A DNA stretch of 64,000 nucleotides. It comes from a virus (taxonomy: Duplodnaviria; Heunggongvirae; Uroviricota; Caudoviricetes). The notes below the pieces were generated by a model. That model did not search any database. It saw nothing but the letters and a program-made list of their open reading frames with translations, and was not told the origin of the DNA. The stretch is taken from the IMG/VR virus record IMGVR_UViG_3300029305_002265, one strand, 5' to 3'. The translations under genes were made by a program, and so were the position numbers. Positions within the stretch are counted from its first letter, which is position 1; every line of letters starts with the position of its first letter. Below are positions 27,850 to 37,612 of the stretch, one piece after another.

Positions 27850-28224
27850 ATGAAGATAGAAATTGAAATTCCTGATTTGGAAGAAATATATTGCAGTTAT
27901 TATGAGGATGATGTCGTAACAGGCAAAGACCTTAAGAAAATAATAGTTGATATAGCAATTCAGAAATTTATTGATAGGATGTATGACGACTATATGAACG
28001 ATAAAGTGTATGAATCGGTTAAAAATGATGTAAAGGAAATTGTAAAAGCTAATTCAAGCGATATTGTAGATAAAGTTGTTAACAAAGTATCAGATGAAAT
28101 AATCAAAAAGAAGTCGATAGTAAACGAGATGCCTAAAAAATCGGAAATAGCGAGCATTAGCAAAGAGTGGGAAGATTACTTTATTACACTTGTTGATAAA
28201 GCTATAGCTAAAAGATTTAAGTAA
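27850..28224 (+). CDS. hypothetical protein
   Basis: 124-aa ORF, GAGGTG RBS. Confidence 0.75.
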   Translation: MKIEIEIPDLEEIYCSYYEDDVVTGKDLKKIIVDIAIQKFIDRMYDDYMNDKVYESVKNDVKEIVKANSSDIVDKVVNKVSDEIIKKKSIVNEMPKKSEIASISKEWEDYFITLVDKAIAKRFK

Positions 28225-28256
28225 GACGAATAAAAATAAAATTTTAAGAGGTAGAT

Positions 28257-28538
28257 ATGAGTAAGAAACCGAAAGATGGAAATGTTCTTAAATCTGATGT
28301 GCTATGGATTATTCAAAATTATATTCGTGGCATTCAAATGAATGACTATGGTAGCGACAAAGGCATACCTCAGTTATATGCGGTAATGGAACAGATTGAA
28401 AATATGGAAGTGCAAGAAGCTAACTGGCTAAAGGATGAGAAGGGCGCTTGGGTTTGCTCTCATTGCGGTTATGGCTTTTATAATGGTGTAGGAACTTGGG
28501 TAGACCATTGTGAAAAATGCGGATATAAGATGGTATAA
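28257..28538 (+). CDS. hypothetical zinc-ribbon protein
   Basis: CSHC ... CEKC. Confidence 0.7.
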   Translation: MSKKPKDGNVLKSDVLWIIQNYIRGIQMNDYGSDKGIPQLYAVMEQIENMEVQEANWLKDEKGAWVCSHCGYGFYNGVGTWVDHCEKCGYKMV

Positions 28539-28563
28539 AAATAGAGTTTTAAGAGGTAATATT

Positions 28564-28812
28564 ATGGAAGTGTCAAAGATTTATTCGATGATTTATGATA
28601 GTCCAAAGTATGGCGATAATGGATATGGTAAATATTTAGGCGAATTTAAAAGAGTGAAGCAGCTTAGAGAAGATGCTTGGGTGGATGATTTTATTGGTGT
28701 TAATACTGAAACTGACGAAGTATGCTTAGTACTCTCAAGAGAAGTGTGCGGATATGGTGGTGGTATTGCCTACGAAGTAATTCCAGTCCCAGAGTTGATG
28801 TTAAAGCTATAA
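28564..28812 (+). CDS. hypothetical protein
   Basis: GAGG RBS before ATG 28564. Confidence 0.7.
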   Translation: MEVSKIYSMIYDSPKYGDNGYGKYLGEFKRVKQLREDAWVDDFIGVNTETDEVCLVLSREVCGYGGGIAYEVIPVPELMLKL

Positions 28813-28838
28813 AAATGAAGTTTTAAGTGGTGAGAGAT

Positions 28839-29000
28839 ATGATTGTTAATTCTAATGAATTTATTAAATATGTTAAAAGACATTTATTAAGAAACAATAG
28901 TCATAATGAATGGAATGCAAAAATTGATAAAATGAATAGTGTTGGCTTATTAAATCATAATACATATCAAACACTTAAAATGATTGTAAGCAACACATAA
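28839..29000 (+). CDS. small hypothetical protein (53 aa)
   Basis: MIVNSNEFIKY..., bounded by junction motifs. Confidence 0.5.
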   Translation: MIVNSNEFIKYVKRHLLRNNSHNEWNAKIDKMNSVGLLNHNTYQTLKMIVSNT

Positions 29001-29144
29001 AAATAAAATTTTAAAAGGAGACAAAACAATGATTTGCAATAATTGTACAAACCCTATATGCAAAGCATATCGCGGAACCTGTAGAAAATATAGGCTGTTG
29101 AAATTAATTACGTTTGGAAGATATGGTAGAAAGGAATTAAACTA

Positions 29145-29498
29145 ATGAACGGCGTAGAAATTTTAGCAGAAGAAATGGTTTATAAATTACAACCCTTTAA
29201 TCTTTTCTTTTGGTTGGGTATTATAATTAGTATACCTCTCCTTCTTGGGGTATGGAGAGCCGCCTATCGTTCTCATGAGCTTGATGTGGGGCTTATAATT
29301 CTTTCTCTCATATTGGTGTTTTCAATTGGTGTCGTTTTTGGAACAGCAACAATGGCAACTCCTTTAGTAGATCGAGAAATCAGATATATAGAATACAAAG
29401 TCACCATCGACGACTCCGTCTCAATGGTAGAGTTTCTAGACAAATATGAAATCATTGACCAAGAAGGTAAGATTTATACAGTAAAGGAGAGAGAATGA
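29145..29498 (+). CDS. membrane protein (2 TM)
   Basis: two hydrophobic stretches. Confidence 0.75.
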   Translation: MNGVEILAEEMVYKLQPFNLFFWLGIIISIPLLLGVWRAAYRSHELDVGLIILSLILVFSIGVVFGTATMATPLVDREIRYIEYKVTIDDSVSMVEFLDKYEIIDQEGKIYTVKERE

Positions 29499-29773
29499 TG
29501 ATCCGAGTTCAAAAATACCGAGAACCCATTAAAATGGAAAACTGGCTTGTTAACGCAGACGAGATTGGTACACTCTCTGGCGACTGGCTTATCTTAGACA
29601 ATGGACCAAGCGACTTTGATGCAGTAATGACAACTGTAATCCATCTAGATAGCGTTGAGTATTTTACGAGCACCAAGCCAATTAGCAATAATAGAATTTT
29701 TCTTTTAGATAGAACTCACCCAGACGGTTATTTATATTGGGTAACACAAGAAGAGGAGAAAACCAATGACTAG
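29495..29773 (+). CDS. hypothetical protein
   Basis: overlapping start/stop, RBS. Confidence 0.7.
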   Translation: MMIRVQKYREPIKMENWLVNADEIGTLSGDWLILDNGPSDFDAVMTTVIHLDSVEYFTSTKPISNNRIFLLDRTHPDGYLYWVTQEEEKTND

Positions 29774-29941
29774 ACTAGACAGAGTACTCACTCTACTCGA
29801 ACGCTACGATCGCCTTGCAGCAGATATATTTTTTGGAGAGATTGAGTGGGGTGCAATTTCAGGCACACTCATTGACCTCCGCAAAGAAAAAGAAAAACTC
29901 ACCCAAGAACTTATCGAGCACGGTTGTAGGAGGAAGAACTA

Positions 29942-30259
29942 ATGAAATACAAACCTTACGCAAAAGTAATCACCAACGATGGCTGCCTCTGTGCCATCTA
30001 CGAGCCCCACCCTTTCCGTTCCAGTGCCATCTCCGAAGCAGTCGGTTCTAAAGTCAACACGGGCATCGCAGACGACGAATGGTGCTGGATGTACTATGAC
30101 TGGTGCTGCAATCCCATCGGCACAAGTTACGAGAAGCCCGAAGGCATTGAGGTAGATAAATTTACAACAGACAATCTTGACTTCTCGTGGACCACGCCTG
30201 AGTGCGCTCAGAACTTGTGTGATTATTTGAATATGGAGCCTTATGGAGAGGAGAATTAA
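29942..30259 (+). CDS. hypothetical protein
   Basis: 105-aa ORF, AGGAGG RBS. Confidence 0.7.
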   Translation: MKYKPYAKVITNDGCLCAIYEPHPFRSSAISEAVGSKVNTGIADDEWCWMYYDWCCNPIGTSYEKPEGIEVDKFTTDNLDFSWTTPECAQNLCDYLNMEPYGEEN

Positions 30260-30261
30260 CT

Positions 30262-30858
30262 ATGGTATATAAGCATCATCAGATTTTTAGAGATAAGCTC
30301 GGTCTTGATTCAAGCGTTTGGGATACTGCAGATCTTGATTCAGATCTTAGAAAGAAAGTTAAGAGTGTCCGCAATGCTCATCCTATCATTCCTTACACCC
30401 TTGAGATTGAGTGCAATTCCTACTGGGGTCAGTTCGAGCGAGAATTTATTGCGTACTCAGTGGGCATTCTTGACGATGTTCAGATGAGCATTCGCCATTC
30501 TAAGGAAGAACTTGAGATGTTTTGGCAGGATGTTTTCGGCAGACCCCACCTTTCGTTCGAATACGCATTGGAACATTATGTGCTGCTACAGGATTATCTG
30601 TTTGAAACCTTTCAGGATGTTGACGACTGGGAGCAGCTTACCTTCTATCAGATCGACTGGGATATTATGCACAAAGAAAAACGAGATGTATTAAGAATCC
30701 AGCTTGCCAAGCCTCTTGACGAGTATTGGGAGAGCATTATCATTCCTCGTATGAAAGACTTCTTCGTCGAAAGACCATATGTATATATGGATAAAGATGC
30801 TGAACTCATTAGTATCACTTTGTGTGATAGCAAGGGAAATGTCGTGAAGGAATATTGA
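30262..30858 (+). CDS. hypothetical protein
   Basis: 198-aa ORF with RBS. Confidence 0.8.
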   Translation: MVYKHHQIFRDKLGLDSSVWDTADLDSDLRKKVKSVRNAHPIIPYTLEIECNSYWGQFEREFIAYSVGILDDVQMSIRHSKEELEMFWQDVFGRPHLSFEYALEHYVLLQDYLFETFQDVDDWEQLTFYQIDWDIMHKEKRDVLRIQLAKPLDEYWESIIIPRMKDFFVERPYVYMDKDAELISITLCDSKGNVVKEY

Positions 30859-30873
30859 GAGGAAAACTAACAA

Positions 30874-31629
30874 ATGAAATACAACCTCAGAAACTTGCTT
30901 TGGCATCTAAAGTACAAGGGACAAAAAGACGAGGCAGAACGAATTGCCGAATGTAAAGAGCAACTCTACGATGCCGTCGAAGATAATATAAACTACTTTA
31001 CTAATTATACAGAAAATCACCTAGTTGCAAATCCAGACCTTTATTATTCAATTCCTATGTCCCATCTTGAATCATCTTACGGCTTAACCTTGGATAAGTT
31101 TATAGAAATCCAAGAGAGATTTAACAAGGCTGCCACGGGACTGTTTGGATTAAAATATGATAACAGTGCCCATCTTATACTGACCGACATATTCGGCAAC
31201 TCTTTTATCGCATATTGCAGTTATGAACAACATACCAAGTCTTACAAACTATACATTTGGGATATGAGTGGTCAAATATCGTTATATAGCCTTTCAACAA
31301 AGAACCCCCAACTAACACACGAGCAAGTTAATGAAATAGAGAAGTGCCAGAGCAACCTATTGGAGCACTATGAGAAACGAAGAGAATCTGCCAACCGTTA
31401 TCAGCAAATTTGCAAATACAAAGATTATATCAGAAGGGCAAACTATACCAACGGTCATGCTCAGTACACCTGCGATGTATACGTTCGCAAGGACATCCCT
31501 ATCGAACTCACAGAGCACGAGATTGCCAAGTATATTGACAATTGGAATTACTGTTTCGGTGGTAAGATTTATGCGGCTGGTGAAACTGATACTGAGCGAA
31601 GATATCACATTACGGTTTATACGGATTGA
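30874..31629 (+). CDS. hypothetical protein
   Basis: 251-aa ORF with RBS. Confidence 0.8.
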   Translation: MKYNLRNLLWHLKYKGQKDEAERIAECKEQLYDAVEDNINYFTNYTENHLVANPDLYYSIPMSHLESSYGLTLDKFIEIQERFNKAATGLFGLKYDNSAHLILTDIFGNSFIAYCSYEQHTKSYKLYIWDMSGQISLYSLSTKNPQLTHEQVNEIEKCQSNLLEHYEKRRESANRYQQICKYKDYIRRANYTNGHAQYTCDVYVRKDIPIELTEHEIAKYIDNWNYCFGGKIYAAGETDTERRYHITVYTD

Positions 31630-31643
31630 AGGGAGAACTAACT

Positions 31644-31868
31644 ATGAGCTACTATTCAAAATACAATAGCAATCATGATTTATGGACTGCCATCATTTGT
31701 TTCGCCTTAGCTATTTTTGTAATGATTAGCTTTAATACTTGTACTGCATCAGAATGGAATGACGGATATTGCCCCAAATGCAACGTCAGATACGAACTTG
31801 GTGGAGTATATAAATATATAAGATACTATTCTTGCCCTAAGTGCGGCAATGAAGTTTCTAGATATTAA
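31644..31868 (+). CDS. small membrane-anchored zinc-ribbon protein
   Basis: TM segment plus two CPKC. Confidence 0.65.
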   Translation: MSYYSKYNSNHDLWTAIICFALAIFVMISFNTCTASEWNDGYCPKCNVRYELGGVYKYIRYYSCPKCGNEVSRY

Positions 31869-31881
31869 AGGAGAGCCGCCT

Positions 31882-32307
31882 ATGCTAAAAATATATGAAG
31901 TTCATAACTATGTATCCATAGACGGTGACGACTGGCGTGAAGTTTTATGGAGTGGCTGGTTAACTCCTATAGAGCGTAAAGTGTTTGATGAACCGCCAGA
32001 AACACAACACATATTGTGCAACGCATCTTTTTACGAAGCCTATGATTATATACACAACAATAGGTTAGACGGGGTTTATGAGTCTAGCAGTTGTTGGAAT
32101 CGTATGATACATCCAGCAATCAAAGTTAGATATAGAGGTGCATATGATGATGTCGCTTATAGGAGATTCATTGCAATGTCTTATAAAACGGAATACGAAG
32201 AATGGAAAGAAGTAACGCTCGAATGGATTCTAAAGAATCTCCCAGCAGACACCGCCATCCAATACCTCAAAGAGCGTGGTATCTCCGCCTGCCCTGTTTT
32301 AAAATAA
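31882..32307 (+). CDS. hypothetical protein
   Basis: AGGAG RBS. Confidence 0.7.
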   Translation: MLKIYEVHNYVSIDGDDWREVLWSGWLTPIERKVFDEPPETQHILCNASFYEAYDYIHNNRLDGVYESSSCWNRMIHPAIKVRYRGAYDDVAYRRFIAMSYKTEYEEWKEVTLEWILKNLPADTAIQYLKERGISACPVLK

Positions 32308-32313
32308 AGGAGA

Positions 32314-32580
32314 ATGGCTATGAAAAATAAATTCAAAATGGAACTTACTTGGCACAACTGTTTAACATGCCCACCCGAAGAATATTGGAACAAGAATTTA
32401 TATATATCAGACGGTACATATGTATCTGAGGTTGAATACGACAAACAGTATGGGTGGTTTGATAAATCCGCTGGTGATTACATCCCATATCAAGAATTGT
32501 ACGAATATTGGTGGGCAGACTTAAATCAAACCGTTAACAATTGTTCGGAATTTAAGGAGAACAACTATGAAAGATTTTAA
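32314..32580 (+). CDS. hypothetical protein
   Basis: 88-aa ORF. Confidence 0.7.
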   Translation: MAMKNKFKMELTWHNCLTCPPEEYWNKNLYISDGTYVSEVEYDKQYGWFDKSAGDYIPYQELYEYWWADLNQTVNNCSEFKENNYERF

Positions 32581-32845
32581 AAGTGTCCAAGACCTCATCA
32601 TAAAAGCCGCCCTCTATGACGGCATATCCACTACCATCAGCGCAGAGGAGCTGCTTGGCAGAGGTGACGCGTTGCGAATCACCTTTTCGAGAGGCAACAG
32701 ACATTCAGCCACCCATATTGACCTAGTGGACAAATATCGAAATCCAGAAGAAGTTGCCCTATATTGTTGCAAGCGTGCACTTTATGACTTGCTTTGTGGA
32801 CCATACGAAGAGATTAATTATCCGAAGGAGAATAACAATGTTTAA
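32567..32845 (+). CDS. hypothetical protein
   Basis: 92-aa ORF with RBS. Confidence 0.7.
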   Translation: MKDFKSVQDLIIKAALYDGISTTISAEELLGRGDALRITFSRGNRHSATHIDLVDKYRNPEEVALYCCKRALYDLLCGPYEEINYPKENNNV

Positions 32846-33260
32846 ACGCAAGAAAAAGACAGGCTGCGAAACTCCTAAATATAGCCACTTTAGTATGGCA
32901 CCTGGACCAAAACCAGAATATACCTTTCCTAATCCGTGTTACATCCCTCCTGCTAGTACACCTCGGTACAACCCACCACCTATGCCACCCATAAAACCAG
33001 CAAAACAAAAGGAGAATAAAACCATGAATAAAACTATGTACGGACTAAATTTATACATTCCATTCGAAGACCTTGACGCCTATATCCACGAACACATTGA
33101 CAAGAACTACGGAGATTGTACTTTTGTGCCCGTCAAGGTAGAGATCGATGAAATTGGTCTGGGTATTAATATAAAACTTTTGTCTGCTAGTTCTGTAGAA
33201 ATAGATAACTGCAGATATAAGATTGACCTTAATAAAATGACAAAGGAGAACAACAAATGA
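32838..33260 (+). CDS. hypothetical protein, Pro-rich N-terminus (possible internal start at 33023)
   Basis: AGGAG RBS at both candidate starts. Confidence 0.6.
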   Translation: MFKRKKKTGCETPKYSHFSMAPGPKPEYTFPNPCYIPPASTPRYNPPPMPPIKPAKQKENKTMNKTMYGLNLYIPFEDLDAYIHEHIDKNYGDCTFVPVKVEIDEIGLGINIKLLSASSVEIDNCRYKIDLNKMTKENNK

Positions 33261-33592
33261 GCATAGAACTTAATGTGCGTGATTGGGATGACGAAGAATA
33301 TGATGATTGCGGTAATACTGCCGTAGCAATACTTAAAGTTGGACGTATTAAAATTCCGCTCTGCATGGATTGTGTCAATGAACTGAAAGAATCTGTCGAT
33401 GATTTTTGTCGTCCACAGTACTGTTATCAGTGCAAACATTTTAAGAAATCACACTGGGGCTGGAAGTACGGTGGTTCTTGTTGTAAGGATGAAGATGTGC
33501 CCGATGTTCATGTAGGTTACCACCATTGCAAGGATTGTATGGATTCTTGTAAGTCTTTTGTAGAAAAGGAGAACAACAAATGCAGGGACTAA
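33257..33592 (+). CDS. Cys-rich hypothetical protein
   Basis: multiple CxxC. Confidence 0.7.
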   Translation: MSIELNVRDWDDEEYDDCGNTAVAILKVGRIKIPLCMDCVNELKESVDDFCRPQYCYQCKHFKKSHWGWKYGGSCCKDEDVPDVHVGYHHCKDCMDSCKSFVEKENNKCRD

Positions 33593-33768
33593 ATCCATTA
33601 ACAATGGAGTGCACCTACTCCACTCCCTGTGGCTGGTGCACCAAGTGGGATAAGAAGTGCGACAAGAAGATTGGGTGCGGTACAAACGTAGATGCATCAA
33701 AACAGGATTTTTTGGATCTAGATACCGTTTTGGAACAAAAAGGAATGAAACGATATGACCAACCTTGA
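33580..33768 (+). CDS. hypothetical protein
   Basis: 62-aa ORF with RBS. Confidence 0.55.
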   Translation: MQGLNPLTMECTYSTPCGWCTKWDKKCDKKIGCGTNVDASKQDFLDLDTVLEQKGMKRYDQP

Positions 33769-34000
33769 CATAATTAAACACCTTGCCCTCAACAACCCCA
33801 CTCGCCTCGCCGAACTCCTCGATGACATTTATTGCATCGGTTGGAATTGCGGTGTGTATGCGGCGAATAACGAAAAAATACTAGAAAAGTACGAGATTGA
33901 TGATTTTAACGTATGGCTCGGCCAAGATGCTTCGGAATCGGGTTACTTTTGCGAATACGAACTTGAAAAATGGTCCAAACTTATTGAAAAGGAGAATTAA
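33755..34000 (+). CDS. hypothetical protein
   Basis: 81-aa ORF. Confidence 0.65.
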   Translation: MTNLDIIKHLALNNPTRLAELLDDIYCIGWNCGVYAANNEKILEKYEIDDFNVWLGQDASESGYFCEYELEKWSKLIEKEN

Positions 34001-34001
34001 C

Positions 34002-34430
34002 ATGTCAGATTATATAACCGACGCCCAGAACGACGTCAAGTCCTATTTTGAAACTCACGACATCCCTACCCACTTCTACCAATGCCTTTTCGGAGAGCTT
34101 GTCAAGATATGGGGCATTCGTCTTATTATGCCAGATGAAAATTATGGTGCTATATATGATGATGAAGATAATACACCCTACTCGTATAAAGACCAGATTG
34201 CTTGCTATCTATCTGCTCAGAATGGCACTTGGGGCTGGACTATCGCTTTCAAGGAAGCTTGCACTCAATGTGACTTGGCGTGGCTTGCGCAGGACTACGA
34301 TGGGTTTGACTGGGTCCACGGTGATATTTTTGATAGTTATATTGCTGAGAAGTTGATTGATGTGGTATTCGAAGGTAATACTACGAATGATTATTATCTG
34401 TTTAAAGTTTCGAAAGGAGATCCGCAATGA
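34002..34430 (+). CDS. hypothetical protein
   Basis: AGGAG RBS before ATG 34002. Confidence 0.7.
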   Translation: MSDYITDAQNDVKSYFETHDIPTHFYQCLFGELVKIWGIRLIMPDENYGAIYDDEDNTPYSYKDQIACYLSAQNGTWGWTIAFKEACTQCDLAWLAQDYDGFDWVHGDIFDSYIAEKLIDVVFEGNTTNDYYLFKVSKGDPQ

Positions 34431-34777
34431 GAACAATTGATGCAGATGAACTTAAACAAGACTTGCTCAACAAGTCCTTCTACCCCGCTATTGTGGCAGC
34501 CGCTATTAAGAGAGCGCCTACTGTTAATCCGTATGAATGGATTAGCGTTGAGAACGATCTACCTGCTATTGATCCGCACGGCAAGGGTAGATATGGCGGA
34601 GCGAGGTCGGTCAGAGTGCTTTGTGCGTGTAAACAGCGAGACGGTAGAACTTTTGTAAAAGAAGGATACTACGAGCCATGCGGCGACGGAAGTGTTTTTT
34701 GGAGAATACCAGGAACTATTGATTCCGTCACCCACTGGACATACCTCCCTACTCCGCCCACAGAAAAGGAGAATTGA
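34427..34777 (+). CDS. DUF551-like phage protein
   Basis: WISVENDLP ... VTHWTYLPTPP. Confidence 0.75.
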   Translation: MRTIDADELKQDLLNKSFYPAIVAAAIKRAPTVNPYEWISVENDLPAIDPHGKGRYGGARSVRVLCACKQRDGRTFVKEGYYEPCGDGSVFWRIPGTIDSVTHWTYLPTPPTEKEN

Positions 34778-34779
34778 TT

Positions 34780-35007
34780 ATGAAGGTTGAAGATACCGTG
34801 TTTGTTCTAGCATCAGAAATCCATGGAGAACTTATATATTTAACTTATGACAGAAGCGATGGTTATGATTATTCTTTTAACATCCGTTGTGCAATGAAGG
34901 CAACAAATAAAGTAACCGCGTTGAGTATTAAAGATGATTATGAAGATGACTTAGGGAGAAAGTCTGATCTGAAGATTATTTCTCTTAAGATTACTTATGA
35001 GTGGTAA
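34780..35007 (+). CDS. hypothetical protein
   Basis: AGGAG RBS. Confidence 0.65.
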   Translation: MKVEDTVFVLASEIHGELIYLTYDRSDGYDYSFNIRCAMKATNKVTALSIKDDYEDDLGRKSDLKIISLKITYEW

Positions 35008-35165
35008 ATCGCCTCATTTTACCCCAAAAATCCCCAACTACTTAAGCAAAATTTAACCTTGCCCATCCTACCCTTACCAACTACACCCCTAAAACTTTCC
35101 ACTTTAAAAATCGCTAACTACTTAGGCAAAATTGTAACTAAAATGTAAACATTTACAGTAACATA

Positions 35166-35194
35166 TTGACAAAATTAAACATTTGTGCTATAAT
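35166..35194 (+). promoter_or_regulatory. consensus sigma-A promoter with extended -10
   Basis: TTGACA-17-TATAAT with TGn. Confidence 0.9.
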
Positions 35195-35229
35195 TATTAC
35201 ACAACAAAATGATTAAAGGAGATTTAATA

Positions 35230-35535
35230 ATGGAATGGTACGTAATGCTATTTGATTACAGCCGAGGCAAGGTTGTGCCGTACAACATTTTTAATAACGG
35301 CAGCTTTTGTCGTGACGTCGAGATGGTGTTAACTACCCCTAATCACACCCGTGAGTCTTTGTCTGAAATACTATCTCACGCTGCGGCATATGAATTTCGC
35401 TCACGATGCCAGTATGAATTTATTGTATCAGATTGGCCGCCTAGTGGAAGAAAAGAAAAATTTGATGTGTATGCACAACTTAAGTTTAATTGGGATCGGT
35501 TTATTGATTATATATGGAGTAAGTACAAGGTATGA
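35230..35535 (+). CDS. hypothetical protein
   Basis: AGGAG RBS. Confidence 0.75.
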   Translation: MEWYVMLFDYSRGKVVPYNIFNNGSFCRDVEMVLTTPNHTRESLSEILSHAAAYEFRSRCQYEFIVSDWPPSGRKEKFDVYAQLKFNWDRFIDYIWSKYKV

Positions 35536-35762
35536 AGAAGTTTATTTTAGAATATGCGGACTTGTCAGATGATAGAAAACGCATCTTGCAGGTCTTAGCA
35601 GAAAACGGTATAGAGGTGGTTGATTCCACCTCTGACCGTGATTTATATCAACATATTGTGATTCGCATCAGAGACATCAACGAGTTAAATTGGATTATGG
35701 ACAAATTGAATCAGGTATGCGAATACGGAGTAAAAGTTATCAAAAAGGAGGAATTAGGATGA
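35532..35762 (+). CDS. hypothetical protein
   Basis: overlapping start/stop. Confidence 0.7.
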   Translation: MKKFILEYADLSDDRKRILQVLAENGIEVVDSTSDRDLYQHIVIRIRDINELNWIMDKLNQVCEYGVKVIKKEELG

Positions 35763-36271
35763 AGGCAAAATTGATATTTAATGGTAAGGAGTTCGAAGTG
35801 GAACTTACCGAAGAGGAAGCTAAGAAGTTTGAGCAGAAAACCAAGAGAACAGGTTATGAGCGAGGTAATAATTTGGATAATTTTTCGGCAGTTGTTGCGG
35901 AGGGAACTGTTCATTCCGATTTTATCGATGATGCAGGATTCGGTAGTTCTGCGAATCTCATGTACGAGAACGCCAATTACTACACATCTTATGAGGTTGC
36001 AGAAAACAATGCTCGTGCCGATAAACTTATGCGTCAGTTGAGAAGATTTGCTGTGGAGCATAGAGAGAAAGATGTCGACTGGAAGACTAATCTCGACCTT
36101 TTTGAGATTTGGTATTGCTATGATATAGAGAAAATAACAGTGAATGAAGCGTGGACCGAAAGAACTTTAGGTACAATCGCTTTTGACTCCGAAGAAACTG
36201 CCCAGCTTGCCATTGACACCTTCCGTGACGAACTCATTTGGTACTTTACTGAATATAAGGACAGTCTGTGA
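35759..36271 (+). CDS. hypothetical protein
   Basis: GGAGG RBS. Confidence 0.75.
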   Translation: MKAKLIFNGKEFEVELTEEEAKKFEQKTKRTGYERGNNLDNFSAVVAEGTVHSDFIDDAGFGSSANLMYENANYYTSYEVAENNARADKLMRQLRRFAVEHREKDVDWKTNLDLFEIWYCYDIEKITVNEAWTERTLGTIAFDSEETAQLAIDTFRDELIWYFTEYKDSL

Positions 36272-36280
36272 GGTGATTAG

Positions 36281-36661
36281 ATGGACAAGAAGCCATCAGA
36301 ATATATAAGCGAGTTTTTAAATTTTATTTCCGAAGCCCAGTCTCATTACAAATTCTGCTATGAAGAAATGGAAACTCAAGACAAATTGACCCAGGATTAT
36401 CTTCATATGCTTGAGCTTGACGATCTTAAGTGTGGCGAACGTAGTAAGCTTGCTACCAAGCTTGCCATTAACCGCAAGGATCGTAGATATTATAGAGATC
36501 GAGTTGAGGAACTGGAACCCATTGTTAGGTTTTTTGAAGACCCACAGAACAAGAAGGTGTTTGATAAACTCAAAGAAGTTCTCGGTCAGACCAGAAAAGC
36601 TGAGAACTATCATAAAAATAGAATATATATACCAAGGGTGCTAAAGGAGAAGAAAGAATGA
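36281..36661 (+). CDS. hypothetical helical protein
   Basis: 126-aa ORF, GAGGTG RBS. Confidence 0.75.
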   Translation: MDKKPSEYISEFLNFISEAQSHYKFCYEEMETQDKLTQDYLHMLELDDLKCGERSKLATKLAINRKDRRYYRDRVEELEPIVRFFEDPQNKKVFDKLKEVLGQTRKAENYHKNRIYIPRVLKEKKE

Positions 36662-36843
36662 AGTGTTGTGAATGTAATTTTTGTTGCGAAGTTACTAGAC
36701 GAAGATGGGTTCGTGGTAAAGGTTTTGTAGATTTTAAGTTTCAGGAGTGTTGTGGGGTAAGACACCCCTTTGAGATAAAGGATGTTAACCAGGAATGTAT
36801 AGCATATCCTGAGAAACGAGTTCAGAAAGTTGTAAAGGAGTGA
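36658..36843 (+). CDS. small Cys-rich protein
   Basis: 61-aa ORF. Confidence 0.55.
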   Translation: MKCCECNFCCEVTRRRWVRGKGFVDFKFQECCGVRHPFEIKDVNQECIAYPEKRVQKVVKE

Positions 36844-36847
36844 AAAT

Positions 36848-37612
36848 ATGCCTAAGTTTTTTGTTACGAGTGATATTCATTCATATTATACTGAATTTAG
36901 AACCGCTTTATATCAAGCGGGCTTTGATGAAAAGGACGAAAACCATTGGCTAGTGGTTTGTGGTGATTGCTTTGATCGCGGCACTCAGTCGAATGAAGTT
37001 TATAAATTTTTAAGAGATTTGCCTCGAAAGGTACTTATAAGAGGCAATCACGAGCAGCTTTTGCTTGATTGCTGTGCCAGAGGCTATCCTTGCTCTCATG
37101 ATATAAGCAATGGTACCGCTAGAACTATTTGGGATATGGGTTATGGTGAAGAATTCGAAGATATGTGCAATTACACTTTAGCGAAAGTTAAGCCGTTCAT
37201 AGATGGCATGGTTAATTACCTTGAAACCAAGGACTATATTTTTGTGCATTCGTGGATTCCTGTAATTAATAAAGATGGGCTGCCTGCTCACTATACCAAG
37301 GGTCGTAGTTTTGGCTTTAATTCCGACTGGCGCAACGCTAGCCAAGAAGACTGGGTAGATGCAACTTGGGGAAATCCATTTGATATGGCTGCAAGAGGTT
37401 TGATGCCTGACAAAACCGTTGTTTTTGGGCACTGGCACTGCAGCACAGGGTGGGCAAATGCCGAAGGTCGTAGTGAATTTGAAGCCGATGCTAAGTTTGA
37501 CCCATATTATGGTGAAGGATTTATTGCTATCGATGCTTGCACAGCACATAGTCACAAGTGCAATGTAATTGTAATTGAAGATGACTTTTTGGAGGGAAAC
37601 AATGAGCACTGA
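36848..37612 (+). CDS. calcineurin-like metallophosphoesterase (Ser/Thr phosphatase family)
   Basis: SDIH, GDCFDRG, GNHE, VHS and GHWH motifs. Confidence 0.9.
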   Translation: MPKFFVTSDIHSYYTEFRTALYQAGFDEKDENHWLVVCGDCFDRGTQSNEVYKFLRDLPRKVLIRGNHEQLLLDCCARGYPCSHDISNGTARTIWDMGYGEEFEDMCNYTLAKVKPFIDGMVNYLETKDYIFVHSWIPVINKDGLPAHYTKGRSFGFNSDWRNASQEDWVDATWGNPFDMAARGLMPDKTVVFGHWHCSTGWANAEGRSEFEADAKFDPYYGEGFIAIDACTAHSHKCNVIVIEDDFLEGNNEH

